Shown in pieces: positions 14,681 through 28,354 of a DNA stretch of 64,000 nucleotides. The stretch covers positions 2,046,001-2,110,000 of the forward strand of contig OX597817.1 in the NCBI GenBank assembly GCA_951406725.2, read 5' to 3'. The first letter of the stretch is position 1. Each line of letters opens with the position of its first letter. A program made the translations under genes and the position numbers. Below the pieces are notes generated by a model. That model did no database searches. It was given only the letters and a program-made list of their open reading frames with translations, and was not told the origin of the DNA. Source of the stretch: Octopus vulgaris. Its lineage: Eukaryota.

Positions 14681-16785
14681 TAACTTAGAATAACTTAGAA
14701 AGGTTTTTGGCCAGTATTGGCCCAGGCCATGTCTAACTTAATAGCACCACCTGGCGAAGTCTTTCAGTTCAGGATTTGGGCACCAAGGCCCATTCGAGCA
14801 GAGAGTTATTGTTTGCGGAGACATATCCGGGTGTGGATGGTTTGTCCGGTACTGTTTGAAGGAATTTGTCCAAAGACTTCTTGAATTTTGTGTGGTCAGT
14901 TTCTTTTTTGACGTGTCCTGGTGTAATGTTGAAGAGAGCGGGTCCAATTGAGGTGAAATAGTTGTGCCGTATTGTCGTTATGTGATGCGATTTAGATTTT
15001 TGTTGTGGACGGATGGCACGTGGTCCAAGCCTTGGATGCATTTTGAAGGTGATGCCAACATCATTCGGACAGTGCTGATGGAATATTTTCCACATCATAC
15101 AGATAATGTAGCGTTCACGGCGTCGTTGGAGTGAATACAATTTCAGCTTCTCTAGTCTACCCCAGTAGTCAAGGTCTGACATGCCATCTATCTTTTTTGT
15201 GATTGACCTTTGGGGAGCTTCAATTCTCATAATATTTTGTTTTGTGTAGGGAGACCACAGTGGACAGCAGTATTCAAGGTGGGGTCGGGCAAAAGTGGAG
15301 AAGAGAAGGATAATAGCGTGGGAATCTCTCGACTGGAAGGTTCTGAGAATCCAGGAACACATTCTGCGGGCCATGTCAACTTTGCTGCTTATATGTGTAG
15401 CTCAGCTTATGTTGTTGTCCACTGTTACTCCCAGGTCTCTGATGTTGTTGGATGCCATGAGAATTTCTCCAGAAGGAAGAGAGTATGGGAGTTTCAGAGC
15501 GTCCTCCCTTCCAAAGTGGATCAGTTCGAATTTGTCTTCATTTAGCAACATGTTATTCTTTTCCGCCCATTGGACAACAGCCAGTAGGTCTGACTGAAGG
15601 TTTATTCGGTCATCCACGCCATTGATGACCTTCTGGAGCTTGGAATCATCAGCGAAGGTTCTGATGTTGCTGTGTTTGATGGTGTCAGTAATATCATTTA
15701 TGTAGATGATGAAGAGAAGTGGGCCCAACACAGTGCCTTGTGGGACACCACTGCTGACTTTGGCTGGGCTGGATTTGACTCCTTCGACTACAACATGTTG
15801 GGTTCTGTTAGAGAGGAAGCACTTGATCCATTGCAGCAGCTTTCCAGTGACACCAATATTGGACAGCTTTCTCAGAAGGATCTTATGATCAACCCTGTCA
15901 AAGGCCTTGCTGAAATCAAGGTAGATGACATCAGTGTTGGAACCCTCTCCCAAGGCTCTCAAAATGTCATCAAAATGATGCAGTAGCTGCGTCAGGCAAT
16001 CTCTCCCATTACGGAATCCATGCTGGTTGGGGTTCAGCATATTATGACTCTCAAGGAAGTGAGTCATACGCGATCTCAGCACCCTCTCAAATACCTTGAT
16101 GATATGAGAGGTGAGTGAGATTGGACGGTAATTCACGGCAAGCGATTTGTTTCCTTTTTTGAAAACTGGGACAACAGACTGGGATAGAAGGTCTTCTGGT
16201 ATATATCCAGCATCCAATGAGTTCCGCCACAGATTGGCTAGAGGGGGTGCAAGTTGGTTTTGACACATCTTCAAGACACAAGCAGGGAACCTATCGGGAC
16301 CTACTGCTGAATTATGCTTCATTTCCTTTATTGCTGCTAAGACATCAGGAGCGCCAAATGTTATGTCCGATAAAGTGTATTGGGGAGTAACATCACTGAT
16401 ACAGCCCAGATCAGTCATATCAGGATTGCTGAAAACAGAGCAATATTGTTTCTGCAATATTTCTCCCATGGTTTTGGCATTGTCTTGAAGAATACCATTT
16501 TCATCAATCAGAGGGCTTCAGCTCTTCGCTGACTATTGATGATAGACATCATGTTGTTTTGGAGTTTATGTTTTTTAATCTCTAGCGACGAGATGGCAGT
16601 CAGGTTGGTGTGTTGCTGTTGACAGTATTTCAGCATGTTGATCTTTTTGTTGATTCTTTTAATTTTCCTTATGAGAGATTTTCTATTTCTAGGGATTCGA
16701 CACTTAGATTTGTTTGCAGATCTTAATGGGGTGTGTCTTGCACATATGTTCGTGATGGTGTCTACAAGTGACTGCCAGATCTAGC
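14681..16785 (-). mobile_element. 5'-truncated CR1/L2-group non-LTR retrotransposon
   Basis: Carries RT motifs (see pseudogene entry), a short 3' UTR and a tandem tail (TTCTAAGTTA)2 at ~14681-14700. No endonuclease domain is visible. Confidence 0.9.
14769..16469 (-). pseudogene. LINE ORF2 reverse transcriptase, interrupted by one in-frame TGA at 15404-15402
   Basis: Motifs NYRPISLTS, QHGFR, YLDFSKAFDRVDH, GVPQGTVLGPLLF, FADD, RDLGV and RPHLEYC. ORFs 15402-16469 and 14769-15374 are in the same frame. Confidence 0.92.
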
Positions 16786-16894
16786 ATATACATATATATA
16801 TGTACGTTTGTATGTTATATCTATATATACATACATGTATGTATATATATATATATATATATGTTTATATATGTATATATATATATATATATAC

Positions 16895-17613
16895 CTAACA
16901 AGTACAGACAGGGGACAGATCTAATGTAGCTATAAGTCGTGATTGGGCAGAATCTGAATGACATCCCGCTATGCTTGACTAACGAAGCGACTGGTCAAGA
17001 CAGGAAACAAACAAGGGGAGTTATAATGCACCGATTGGTCAAAATAATGATGACGTCCCGTTCCACTTGATTAAAGCCAACTAACGAAACGATTGGTCAA
17101 AACATTGATGACGTCACGCTACGCTAGATTGACCACCTAACAGGCATTATAAAACCAAGCATTTCACAAAAAATCACTAGAACCACCCAGCGAACTTCCA
17201 CCATGGGTCATCACAATTGCTTAAGGTAAAAATGAATTCCTCGCTCTTTCGGAAACATCAATCTTCTGTATTGACCGCTTTCCACCACTTTGATCTGTTT
17301 TTTGTATTGAATACCTATCGCCACCGTGGGCCACTGCATCGAACACTTTGAAATATACTTCAAACTATATATCAACTATACATGAACTATATATCAACTA
17401 TACATGAACTATATATCAACTATACATGAACTCTAAGATGTCTGACTCCGTTGTGTATTATAAATGAATTTCTTGTGTTTGACGGCATGAGCTGTCTCTT
17501 TTTATATATAACTTTTTTTGATAAGGTTCATTTCAGGAACTGAAACATGTTATAATGTATATATAAAAATTAAAAATTGTATAATACAGCAGCATTTTCG
17601 AACTTCATTTTTT

Positions 17614-17615
<2 letters not shown>
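16895..17615 (+). repeat. Probable PLE pLTR-like repeat with internal sub-repeats and a decayed hammerhead motif
   Basis: Repeated cgattggtcaaaa...atgacgtc modules (16940-17120), a 22-bp tandem aactatatatcaactatacatg x3 (~17363-17432) and ttgataa-ggttc...gaact-gaaa-catgtt (17518-17551). Bounded by TA runs. Confidence 0.4.
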
Positions 17616-17677
<62 letters not shown>

Positions 17678-18461
17678 ATATATGTATATCAGTCTATACG
17701 TACATACACATTCACATACGTACATATAAAGATAACTTTCCTTTTATGTATGCTTCATTAAACACAAGACTTTGTTCAAATTTTATCTTTTTTATCTTAG
17801 GGTTTTCGTATTTTCTTAGTCTTTTTTTACATCTAGTCTGCAACAATAAATGTTCAAAAATCATATTCCTCATTTCCAGAAAATCATAATATTATTCCCC
17901 AAAACTGAATATATTTGTTTTTTCATATATTGGTTGAATTCCTTTATACTTTACCGCTAAGAATTTTATGGCCGTTGGCTACACACGTTAACAGTCCATA
18001 TGTATTTGTTTGTCGCAGTCAAAATTTTGGTCGTCAGGTTTTTATGTCAATACCCACGTGTTAACGGCAATTTTTGATTTGTTTTGGCGTATCTGATGTT
18101 CGCACAATCATTTTTTGCATTGTATTCCGATATTAGCATGGCTTCCTTAATTTATCTGTTTTTATGGGGTAATTTTATAGCGTGTATAAGTGTTTTTCTT
18201 TAACATTCTCCTATCTAATGTCAACACCTGATTATTGGTGCATGAGTACAATGCGACCCCGCAACTCCCCGCCGACAGTATATTCGAAACCACAGAGAAA
18301 GTCTGGAATATATTTATATGTATAAAATATATATATAAAAATACAAAATGGGACAAGAACGCAAAACATTCAAATAGACGACACAAAAAAAACGGACGGG
18401 TCATTCGAAGCCTCTAATCTTGAGTCAAGAACCGGATCATCCTCGCAATTTCGGCTGATGC

Positions 18462-18521
<60 letters not shown>

Positions 18522-18542
18522 GTATATATATATGTATGTATG

Positions 18543-18586
<44 letters not shown>

Positions 18587-18622
18587 CATACATACATACA
18601 TATATATATACATATGTATATA

Positions 18623-18654
<32 letters not shown>

Positions 18655-18656
<2 letters not shown>

Positions 18657-18774
18657 CGTGATCACCGTGACCGACCAGGCAATCAGATGTTGCTACACAT
18701 CGCTGGTCACAATGCACTTCGCATTTTTTTAGCCTTCAAATGACGCCACCCCGCTGGCTAAGTGAGCAGGCCAA
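18655..18774. repeat. Interspersed repeat; second copy at 21910-22021
   Basis: caccgtgaccgaccaggc...gctaagygagcaggccaa occurs twice, each preceded by tttcggctgatgcat plus a TA run. Confidence 0.8.
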
Positions 18775-18856
18775 TATATATATATATACTAGCTTAAGGC
18801 GACCCGCTCTACGCGCGGGTAAGAGTGTGGTTGTTACTTTCTGTTGCTTCCTTTTA

Positions 18857-19169
18857 GCACGTAAAAAGCACCATCCGAACGTGGCCGATTGCAGCGCCGC
18901 CTTGACTGGCTTCTGTGCGGGTGGCACTAAAAAGCACCAACCGATCGTGGCCGCTGCCAGCCTCCCTGGCACCTGTGCCGGCGGCACGAAAAAAGCACCC
19001 ACTACACTTACAGAGTGGTTGGCGTTAGGAAGGGTATCCACCTGTAGAAACACTGCCAGATCAGACTGGGGCCTGGTGCAGCCTCCTGGCTTACCAGACG
19101 CCGGTCAAACTGTCCAACTGGTGCTAGCACGGAAAACGGACGTTAAACGATGGTGATGATGATGATGAT
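18857..19169 (+). mobile_element. 3' part of a SINE/retroposon with a (GAT)n tail, nested in the Helitron
   Basis: Three gcacnnaaaaagcacc sub-repeats, then gttggcgttaggaagggtatcc; ends acgttaaacgatggtgatgatgatg. Confidence 0.6.
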
Positions 19170-19984
19170 TCTCCCTCTTTGTTTCTCTCTCCTTTCTCTC
19201 ACACTTTCCAACTCTCTTACTTTTCTTTTCTCTCGGACTCTCCCTCGCTTTCTCTTACTCTCTATCTTTCTCTATCTATCTATCTCCCATTTATAAACAA
19301 CAAAAGATGTTGAGTAAGTTAAGAAATAAAATATTTTGAAAGATCAATCATAAATATCAGGCAGTGACAACGGAAAGGTCTGCTTCAAGTCAGACAGCAG
19401 AACACTAACATTTAAAAGGGACAGACGAACTTGCGAGCTGAATAAAAATAATAAAATATTGGAAACCAAAGTTTGAAGGGATAGAATGTGAGGATAGTAG
19501 AGTCACCATGGCTGGCATTTCTTAACGACTGACAGCAACATATTGACAGTTTAACGGCTGGCGTAAAATTTTGAACTTGATGTAAAAGAAAATTCCTAAA
19601 CACCAAGTTTTGAAGTGATTCTTTCTCACGACATTAGACTCACCATGGCAAGCATTCAAAACTTCTTCATCATGGACGGCAAGACATTGGCAATGAAAAG
19701 GCTGGCGCAATTTTTTTAGCTTGATGTAACAGAGAATTCGTAAACACCCGCTCCTTTAAATTTTAATCCCCTTCCAGCCCCATTTAGACCCCTTTTCACA
19801 TTTTGGTTAATATAACCCGATTTCATTCGGGTCTACTGAGGCCACATTTTATAAGATGAGGAATTTTGTCCTAGAGGTCACGCCTTTCATTTGAGGAAAA
19901 ACATAGTTGTCATGCAAACTTGCCAGCACTTTTAACATAGGTGTGTATATTTTCAGCTCAACCGACCACATAATGCACACATTA

Positions 19985-20119
<135 letters not shown>

Positions 20120-20437
20120 ATGTGTGTGCGTGCACACATTATATATACAAATGTATACAAATTATATATATATATGTATAAATTAAATTAGAGATAAAAC
20201 CACTAATAGGCAAATCAGTGAAAAACATAACCCAAAACATAAAAATAAAAATATAATGTACAAAATATATAAAATATAAAATTGAAAAATTTAAATTATT
20301 TAAAGTTAAAATTAAAATTATTAATTTATATTTATAATTCTTTTTAAATATCAAAAAGTATCAAAAAGTACTAAAAAGTTTAATATACATAAATACAGAT
20401 ATATACACTTTGTATATATACATTATATATACATATT

Positions 20438-21030
20438 TATATATAGAACACACACACACACATATATATAAATTAACCCAATAAATATCTGATTCATAAT
20501 ATTTGTTCTCATGATTGTGTGGTGGTGGTGGCGATGATAATTCTGTCTATGAATGCAGACAGACGTAGAGAGAGAGAGAGAGTGAAAGCGCTATCGAAGG
20601 CGGGGAGGGGGAGATACAGAACGCCGTTTGAGGACGTTATAAAGAGAAAGTGAAGAGGAGTTAGACGCTGTTAGACGACGTTATATATAGAAAGTGATGG
20701 GAAGGGAGGAAAGAGTGAGTGACGGAGGAAGACAGATACATAAAAGAATGAGAGTCGACTTGTCAAAGTGCGTTTTTGGCCCTGGCATCGTCTATATATA
20801 TAGAACACACACACACACATATATATAAATTATCCCAATAAATATCTGATTCATAATATTTGTTCTCATGATTGTGTGGTGGTGGTGGCGATGATAATTC
20901 TGTCTATGAATGCAGACAGACGTAGAGAGAGAGAGAGAGAGTGAAAGCGCTATCGAAGGCGGGGAGGGAGAGATACAGAACGCCGTTTGAGGACGTTATA
21001 AAGAGAAAGTGAAGGGGAGTTAGACGCTGG
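20438..21030. repeat. Direct duplication of ~235 bp (20438-20670 / 20793-21030) inside the Helitron
   Basis: Near-identical blocks from tatagaacacac to gttagacgctg. Confidence 0.9.
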
Positions 21031-21704
21031 CATCATCACCTCATTTTACATGTCTCTGTAAATTTTGGAGTCAATCCGACGGGATCTAGTGGCCTTTAAC
21101 CCATTCTCAATGCCAAAACCAGACAAACAAACAAACTTTTCGCATTTCAGCTTTATAAATAGAGATATATATAAACAGATACAAATATAGACAAAGAACA
21201 CACAGCCACGGACACACTCATATACACGCATATGGCTGAAAGGCTAGGAAATTTGCTTCACTGATTAAGAATAGCAGTTTCTTATACAGTGGGTGCGGTT
21301 GCAGCTTGTGTACACATGCGTGCCCTCACCAGAGTCTTAGTTTCATCTAAGCCTTGTGCACGAAACTGGATTCATAGAAACTGAGTAGTTCGTCTGCATT
21401 AAGATTTCACCCTTGTTAAAGGTATGCATGCAGCTTTATCAAACTCCACTACTAACAACACCTTGATTAAAACCGCACAGATTAGTTTAACTAGGATTAA
21501 ATCTTAATGCAACCGGACCAAAAGAATGCAAATGGACACCACATGGCAGGATATCTAGGCAGCAGAAACATATGTTGGTCGGAGGTTTAAAGAGAATATA
21601 CTGTTTAGAAAACTTTAAAAACAAAAAAACTGTGTCGATCCATTTCAGATGACTGAAACAAAATCATGAATGTATATATGTATGTAAGTACGTGTGTGTA
21701 AATA

Positions 21705-21786
<82 letters not shown>

Positions 21787-21842
21787 AAAAATATATATAA
21801 AAACACAAAATTTCGGCTGATGCATATATATATATGTATATG

Positions 21843-21891
<49 letters not shown>

Positions 21892-22020
21892 TTATACATA
21901 TATATATATCACCGTGACCGACCAGGCTATCAGATGTTGCTACACATCGCTGATCACAATGCGCTTCGCATTGTTTTAGCCTTCAAATGACGCCACCCCG
22001 CTGGCTAAGCGAGCAGGCCA

Positions 22021-22100
<80 letters not shown>

Positions 22101-22489
22101 AATGTATCATTGTTATTTGTAATTTTCCCCTTGATATCAGCTAGATAACAAATGCCTGCCGAGAGACCTCATACCTAGGGCTGGTATTGTATTGCTTTGT
22201 TATTGTTCAACACATGTTCCGGTCCCACGGGGTTTTCATTCACAGCTCAAAGGATGTTGGCGGGAAGAGAAGAAAATTTTATAGAATATTGATTATGCAA
22301 GGCGTGACCCTTGTTTACTATTTTCATTATAATCATCATTTCACGCTCCGAATTCAAATGCCGCCGAGGTCGACTTTGCCTTTCATTCTTCGAGGTCGAT
22401 AAAGATAAGTGTTAGTCGAGCACTAGGGTCGATGTTATCGACTAGTCCCCTTCCACTAAATTTCAGGTTTGTGCCTATAAAAGAAAAGG

Positions 22490-22522
<33 letters not shown>

Positions 22523-22793
22523 GTCGTCGTCATCGATGATGAGGTCGAGCTAATCGACAGGCCCCCTCTCTCCCACAATTTCAGGCCTTGTGTCTATAAT
22601 AGAAAGGATTATTATTGTTATTATTGTTATCATTATTATTATTTATTTATATCTCAATTTTGTTGTAACACCCTGGAGCCTTGCATGCGTAGCGTGCTTG
22701 TTTCCTGCGGCCTACAGTACCATGCTACGTTCTTTTCAACTCTCTAGTACCTTCCTGACTATTCTGGTCGATTATTATTATTATTATTACTAA

Positions 22794-23180
22794 GGCGGAC
22801 GAACTGGCAGAGTCGTTAGCGCGTCGGGCGAAATGCTGAGCGGTATTTCGTCTGCTGTTACGTTCTGAGTTCAAATTCCGCCGAGGTCGACTTTGCCCTT
22901 ATCCTTTCGGAGTCGATTAAATAAGTACCAGTTACGCACTGGGGTCGATATAATCGACTTAATCCGTTTGTCTGTCCTTGTTTGTCCTCTCTGTGTTTAG
23001 CCCCTTGTGGGCAGTAAAGAAATAGGTATTTCGCCCGTCGCTATGTTCTGAGTTTAAATTCCACCGAGGTCGACTTAGCCTTTATCCTTTCGGGTTCGAT
23101 TAAATAAGTACCAGTTACGCACTGGGGTCGATGCAATCGACTTAATCACTTGCACCAAGGTGCTCTTGTGGCAAAAAATC
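22794..23180 (+). mobile_element. SINE family A, dimeric form
   Basis: Same head, core and aaagaaatag|gtatttcg dimer junction as 5406-5820. Further family A fragments lie at 22345-22605. Confidence 0.85.
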
Positions 23181-23804
23181 GAAATCATTATTATTATTGT
23201 TGTTGCTACTGTTACTATTGTTACTATTGAGCCTGTCGAACAGTAGCTGGGTGAGAGCACTTATCGTTGACAAGATTATATAGGATCCGTAGATTCTTTT
23301 ATCGACTTTTGTATAATTGCTGTACTTCCACTTCTTCCTTTGATTTCGTTAATAAACTCTCACACGGTTTGTAACCCGTCTATGCGTATTCTCTTATCCC
23401 TTGCATTCAAGTGTGTTGAATTAGTACAAAGAATTATCTATGACATCAAGGCCATACATTTCTGCGGGAAAGACAGTGTCTATTTATATCAACATTAGAG
23501 TGTGTGTGTGTGTGTGTGTGTGTCTTTGCGTCTGTGTTTGTACCCCGGTACCGCTTGACAACCGGTGCTGGTTTGTTTACGTCCCCGTAACTCTATTTGC
23601 ATTTTCACACTAGTGCTTAACTGGTGTTTCATTATATCGACCTCGGATTAATCAAAGTTTGTTTCGACCAGGGCTGGATATTAATACTATCCGTATCAGG
23701 ACATAACAGAGTAACGAAAAAGAGGAAAGTGATTTCGTGCGACACACTACCACCTCTGCCAATCCACCACTCTCCACAGATAGAGTGATATATGATATCT
23801 TTTA

Positions 23805-24315
<511 letters not shown>

Positions 24316-24628
24316 AAATATATATTGTGCTTATTTGTTTATTTTCTATCATTTGTTTATTATAACTTGAACCGTGGACATGTTCTGCTTTCTTTCGTTT
24401 CTTATTTATACTACTATTACTATGGCCTAGATAATAAAACCGAGGCATAATCAAGTGGTTGAATGGTGGGCTCTAAAAGCCCTACCTTGACATAGTTATT
24501 GGCCTGAAATCATTTAATAAGCGCTGAGAAATAGACTTTATTTCTCATCAGTTTTATATACAAATAAAAAAGTTTTCTTTTTCTAATTTTCTTTAATATT
24601 ATTTTTCTTTTCTTTGTTGCTTTTACAG

Positions 24629-24664
24629 TTATATTTTTGTGGGAAACGCAACAAAAGCGAATAG
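24629..24664 (+). CDS. Possible small internal exon (xIFLWETQQKRI) of the Ig-domain candidate
   Basis: Long polypyrimidine tract ending ttttacAG; 36 nt, open in phase 1-1; the Trp could be the Ig C-strand residue. The donor (gtgtat) is weak. Confidence 0.25.
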   Translation, partial: LYFCGKRNKSE

Positions 24665-24758
24665 GTGTATGGCGCACGAGTAATACAATTACATGTCTGT
24701 TTGCCTACCTGTCTATACATATGCACTCATGTATAAATATATAAGTATATATTATATA

Positions 24759-25660
24759 CATGGTCTGATCAATAAGTATCCGTACTGTTGCCATAGTAAC
24801 GAAGTTAAAGCACTCAGAGTGAAGCTACTTGACACAGATTGAATTTGGACTCTGCTGTGCGTGCCACCAAGTTTTAACGTTCTAGCTCACTTCCCCTGTT
24901 TACTGCAGTGCTTGGAAGGAAGGTGTGTAGTGTGTGATTGTCCCATTGACCATGAAAGTGAAAATTGAGCAGAGAATCGGCATCAAATTTTGCCACAAGC
25001 TTGGCAATACCTGCTCATAGGTCTACGCAAAGATTTCAAAAAGTTTTCATCGTTCTCGACACAATCAAGGAGATATTGTGCAACTGAAACCCGAGTGTCT
25101 TTTTGGTCAACCCAAAGTAGTTTTGGCATAAACTTAGCAGACAAGCATCTCATACCCAAATCTTCAGTGATAATGGGACTGAACTGAACCGTAACTAATC
25201 TACACATCCTCTGATAACTCATGGATGGTGATTCGACGATTTCCCCTCACAGCTGCATGCATGTTTGCTATGTTTTTCTCAGTTTTGATGGTTGCTGCTC
25301 TTACAGAACATTCGCTACTATCGACATTTTTCGGCCATCTTGGAAACTTCTGAACCACCCGTACTCTTGTGTGCGGCTCATACACCGCTCTCCATTCACT
25401 TTCTGCAACTTTGCGTAGGCCTCTGAGCAGGTATTGCCATGACATCTTACTCTGTCATGGTCAGTGCGACGATCACACGCTACACACCTTCCTTCCAAGC
25501 ACTGCTGTAAACAACGGAAGTGAGCTAGAACGTTAGAACTTAGTGCGCATGCACAACAGTGTAACAGTGTTCAAGGTTAATCTGTGCCAAACAGTTTCAC
25601 TCTGCGTGCTTTAGCCTCATTACTATGCTAACAGTCCGGATATGTATTGATCAGGCCTCG
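24759..25660. mobile_element. Palindromic mariner derivative made of two inverted 5' halves
   Basis: TA flanks. TIRs catggtctgatcaataagtatccg / cggatatgtattgatcaggcctcg. The transposase N-terminus is read inward from both ends: EQRIGIKFCHKLG on plus; YGWFRSFQDGR and LGMRCLSAKFMPKLL on minus. Confidence 0.85.
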
Positions 25661-25865
25661 TATATTCAAATGATAAACTTCTGGAAAGCTTTACAGGTTT
25701 TTACAGTTCCAGTGATGGATTGGATCTATAGTATTCGAATTAGTTTCCTCCTTTCTGGCTTTGGTATGTATATATGTATGTATGTACGCTTGTAGGGCAG
25801 TCTGTCTGGATAGTTGGATGGACGTATTGATGTATGTAACTTACATGTATACAAGCATACATGTA

Positions 25866-25913
<48 letters not shown>

Positions 25914-25914
25914 C

Positions 25915-26100
25915 GAGAAGGTTTACAAAAATAAACAAAAGACGAAGGCAGGTGGAGTACAAGCAAACAATTGTATTAGTATGGCGCTCAGGAATAGAAA
26001 TAAAACAAGTCTTTTACGTTTCGAGCCTACGCTCTTCGACAGAAAGATACACAGAAAAGAAACAAGGAGAGAAACAAGGAGAGAAAAAAATGCGTGTAGG
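25915..26100 (-). mobile_element. Penelope-like pLTR-type fragment containing a minimal hammerhead variant
   Basis: Minus strand 26047-26010 reads tcttt-CTGTCGA-a-gagc-gtag-gctc-GAAA-cg-TA-aaaga. Homologue at 7280-7450. Confidence 0.6.
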
Positions 26101-26101
26101 A

Positions 26102-26327
26102 GGCGGCGAGCTGGCAGACACGTTAGCGCGCCGGGCGAAATGCGTAGCGGTATTTCGTCTGTCGTTACGTTCTGAGTTCAAATTCCGCCGAGATCGACTT
26201 TGCCTTTCATCCTTTCGGGGTCGAGAAATAAAGCACCAGTTTTGCACTGAGGTCGATGTAATCGACTTAATCCCTTTGTCTGTCCTTGTTTGTCCCCCAT
26301 ATGTTTAGCCCCTTATGGGCAATAAAG

Positions 26328-26331
<4 letters not shown>
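26102..26331 (+). mobile_element. SINE family A, monomer
   Basis: Full head, core and tail ending gcaataaagaaat. Confidence 0.88.
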
Positions 26332-26364
<33 letters not shown>

Positions 26365-26414
26365 ATTGGCTGTAATAGGAGTAACCACTATTGAAATCCA
26401 ACGCGCCAAGCGGC

Positions 26415-26479
26415 TTCACTCTGCGTGCTTTAACTTCGTTACTATGGCAACAGTCCGGATACCTATTGATCAGACCTCG
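26415..26479 (-). mobile_element. Mariner terminal fragment, same family as 24759-25660
   Basis: ...acagtccggatacctattgatcagacctcg|TA matches the TIR. Confidence 0.8.
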
Positions 26480-26682
26480 TACATATGTATGTGTGTGTGT
26501 ACGTATATATACATATTCAAGCACATCCATATCGCACGCGCATATACTCATGCATATGCTCTCTGTGTGTGTCTCTCTCTCTTTCACACACACATACATA
26601 CATCAACCCACTATTGTTTACAGCGACAGAGAATATTTTGTTGCTCATATTGTATATATACATATGTATGTATGTATGTATG

Positions 26683-26753
<71 letters not shown>

Positions 26754-26998
26754 ACAAATAAGAAAGAAGAAAACAAAGGACCGCTGATGCGGCCACAGGA
26801 GTGTGACGAAAGAACTCTGGCCGAAATTAGATTAAGATTAATGTAAAAAATAAATAACGCTGAAGCAAAATAACACCAAATATATAGTGCGTGTGTTTTT
26901 ATTGGCTAAACTGACAAAATGACCATTCCGAAATATAACAATATCTGTTTCAACTCACGACTTCATATAAAAAATCTTGCACAACAAATATATAAACG

Positions 26999-27054
<56 letters not shown>

Positions 27055-27056
27055 TG

Positions 27057-27134
<78 letters not shown>

Positions 27135-27248
27135 TACTTAATCATTATTATATGTTTTATCTTATATTTGAACTTTCTATATGTAATTTTTTTAAATAGT
27201 ATAATTCAATTTTTCGTTATTGAATTGATAAAAGGTGTTGTTTTTCTA

Positions 27249-27279
<31 letters not shown>

Positions 27280-27285
27280 CAGAGG

Positions 27286-27339
<54 letters not shown>

Positions 27340-27370
27340 GATGGAGATGGATAAAGAAGGGGAGAGAGAG

Positions 27371-27426
<56 letters not shown>

Positions 27427-27919
27427 CAAGAAAAACTTCTCAGAATAACATTTTCGCCACAAAATTTTCGAAGGCCGGATCATATCACTTGCGAATGCTA
27501 TTTTCTAAGCGTAGCGTCTCTCAGAAGTATATAGACAGTTATATAAGCGTTTGTTAAAACAAAGCTTTCTCTGCCGCTAAATGTTTGTAGCAGAAACATT
27601 TGTGATTGATGCTGCGGTTTGTACCAGTGTGAAAATACATTTAACTAAGAAAATATGCAAAATCGAAATAAACATCGACATGTTTTTTCAAAGTAATAAT
27701 TGATCAGAAAACAAGCAAGTGATATTTGGTAGGAAACAAAAAATAAGAAGCTAGAAATTTCGAATTCAAATTCAGGTTGCTTTTGCTTTTTATCTGCTAG
27801 CAGAAACCACCGTATAGCAAATGGATGTATATATGAGAGGTAAGCCTCATAATTGTAGTTTAATCCTAGATCCACCCTGATTAATATTATTCTAGCTGTA
27901 GTCATTGCTTTGCGTTATT

Positions 27920-28354
27920 GGATCTTTTCGGTTTGAACGACAGTTTTTAACATAATTTCTAGGTAACTAAAAAATTTTACATTTCGTATACTGGTAGAAT
28001 GTGTTTTATAAAACATCTTTTTCTCTTGACTTCATAGAGAAAATTCTATAGTTTGTAAGATATTTGTTGTTTTTTTCTTCAATTTCTGCAATTTCAACCA
28101 ATCAATGACGTCTATTGAGTTAAAAAGCATTCTGTGCCGTATGAATATGTCCCTCGTCTAAGAAACAGATTGGGTTTATTTACATTTGTGAAGAAAAGAT
28201 ACCCTTCCCACACCCCTAACCCTAACCCTAACCCTAACTAACCCTAACCCTAAAAGAGATTGAAATGCAATAGATCAATTCTAGGGTCATAATTATGGGT
28301 GACAATTTCATATGATACCGCTAGAAAAAACTGCCGTTCAAACCGAAAAGATAC
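27920..28354. mobile_element. Merlin-like MITE with 8-bp TSD and internal (CCCTAA)n
   Basis: TIRs ggatcttttcggtttgaacgacagttttt / aaaaactgccgttcaaaccgaaaagatac. TSD GCGTTATT at 27912-27919 and 28355-28362. GG-starting TIRs with 8-9-bp TSDs are characteristic of Merlin. Confidence 0.8.

Noticed and set aside
15210-15986. Plus-strand ORFs of 100-111 aa
   Set aside because: They are antisense shadows of the LINE RT frame.
28214-28253. Telomere or chromosome fusion site
   Set aside because: It is a short tract inside a TSD-flanked MITE.
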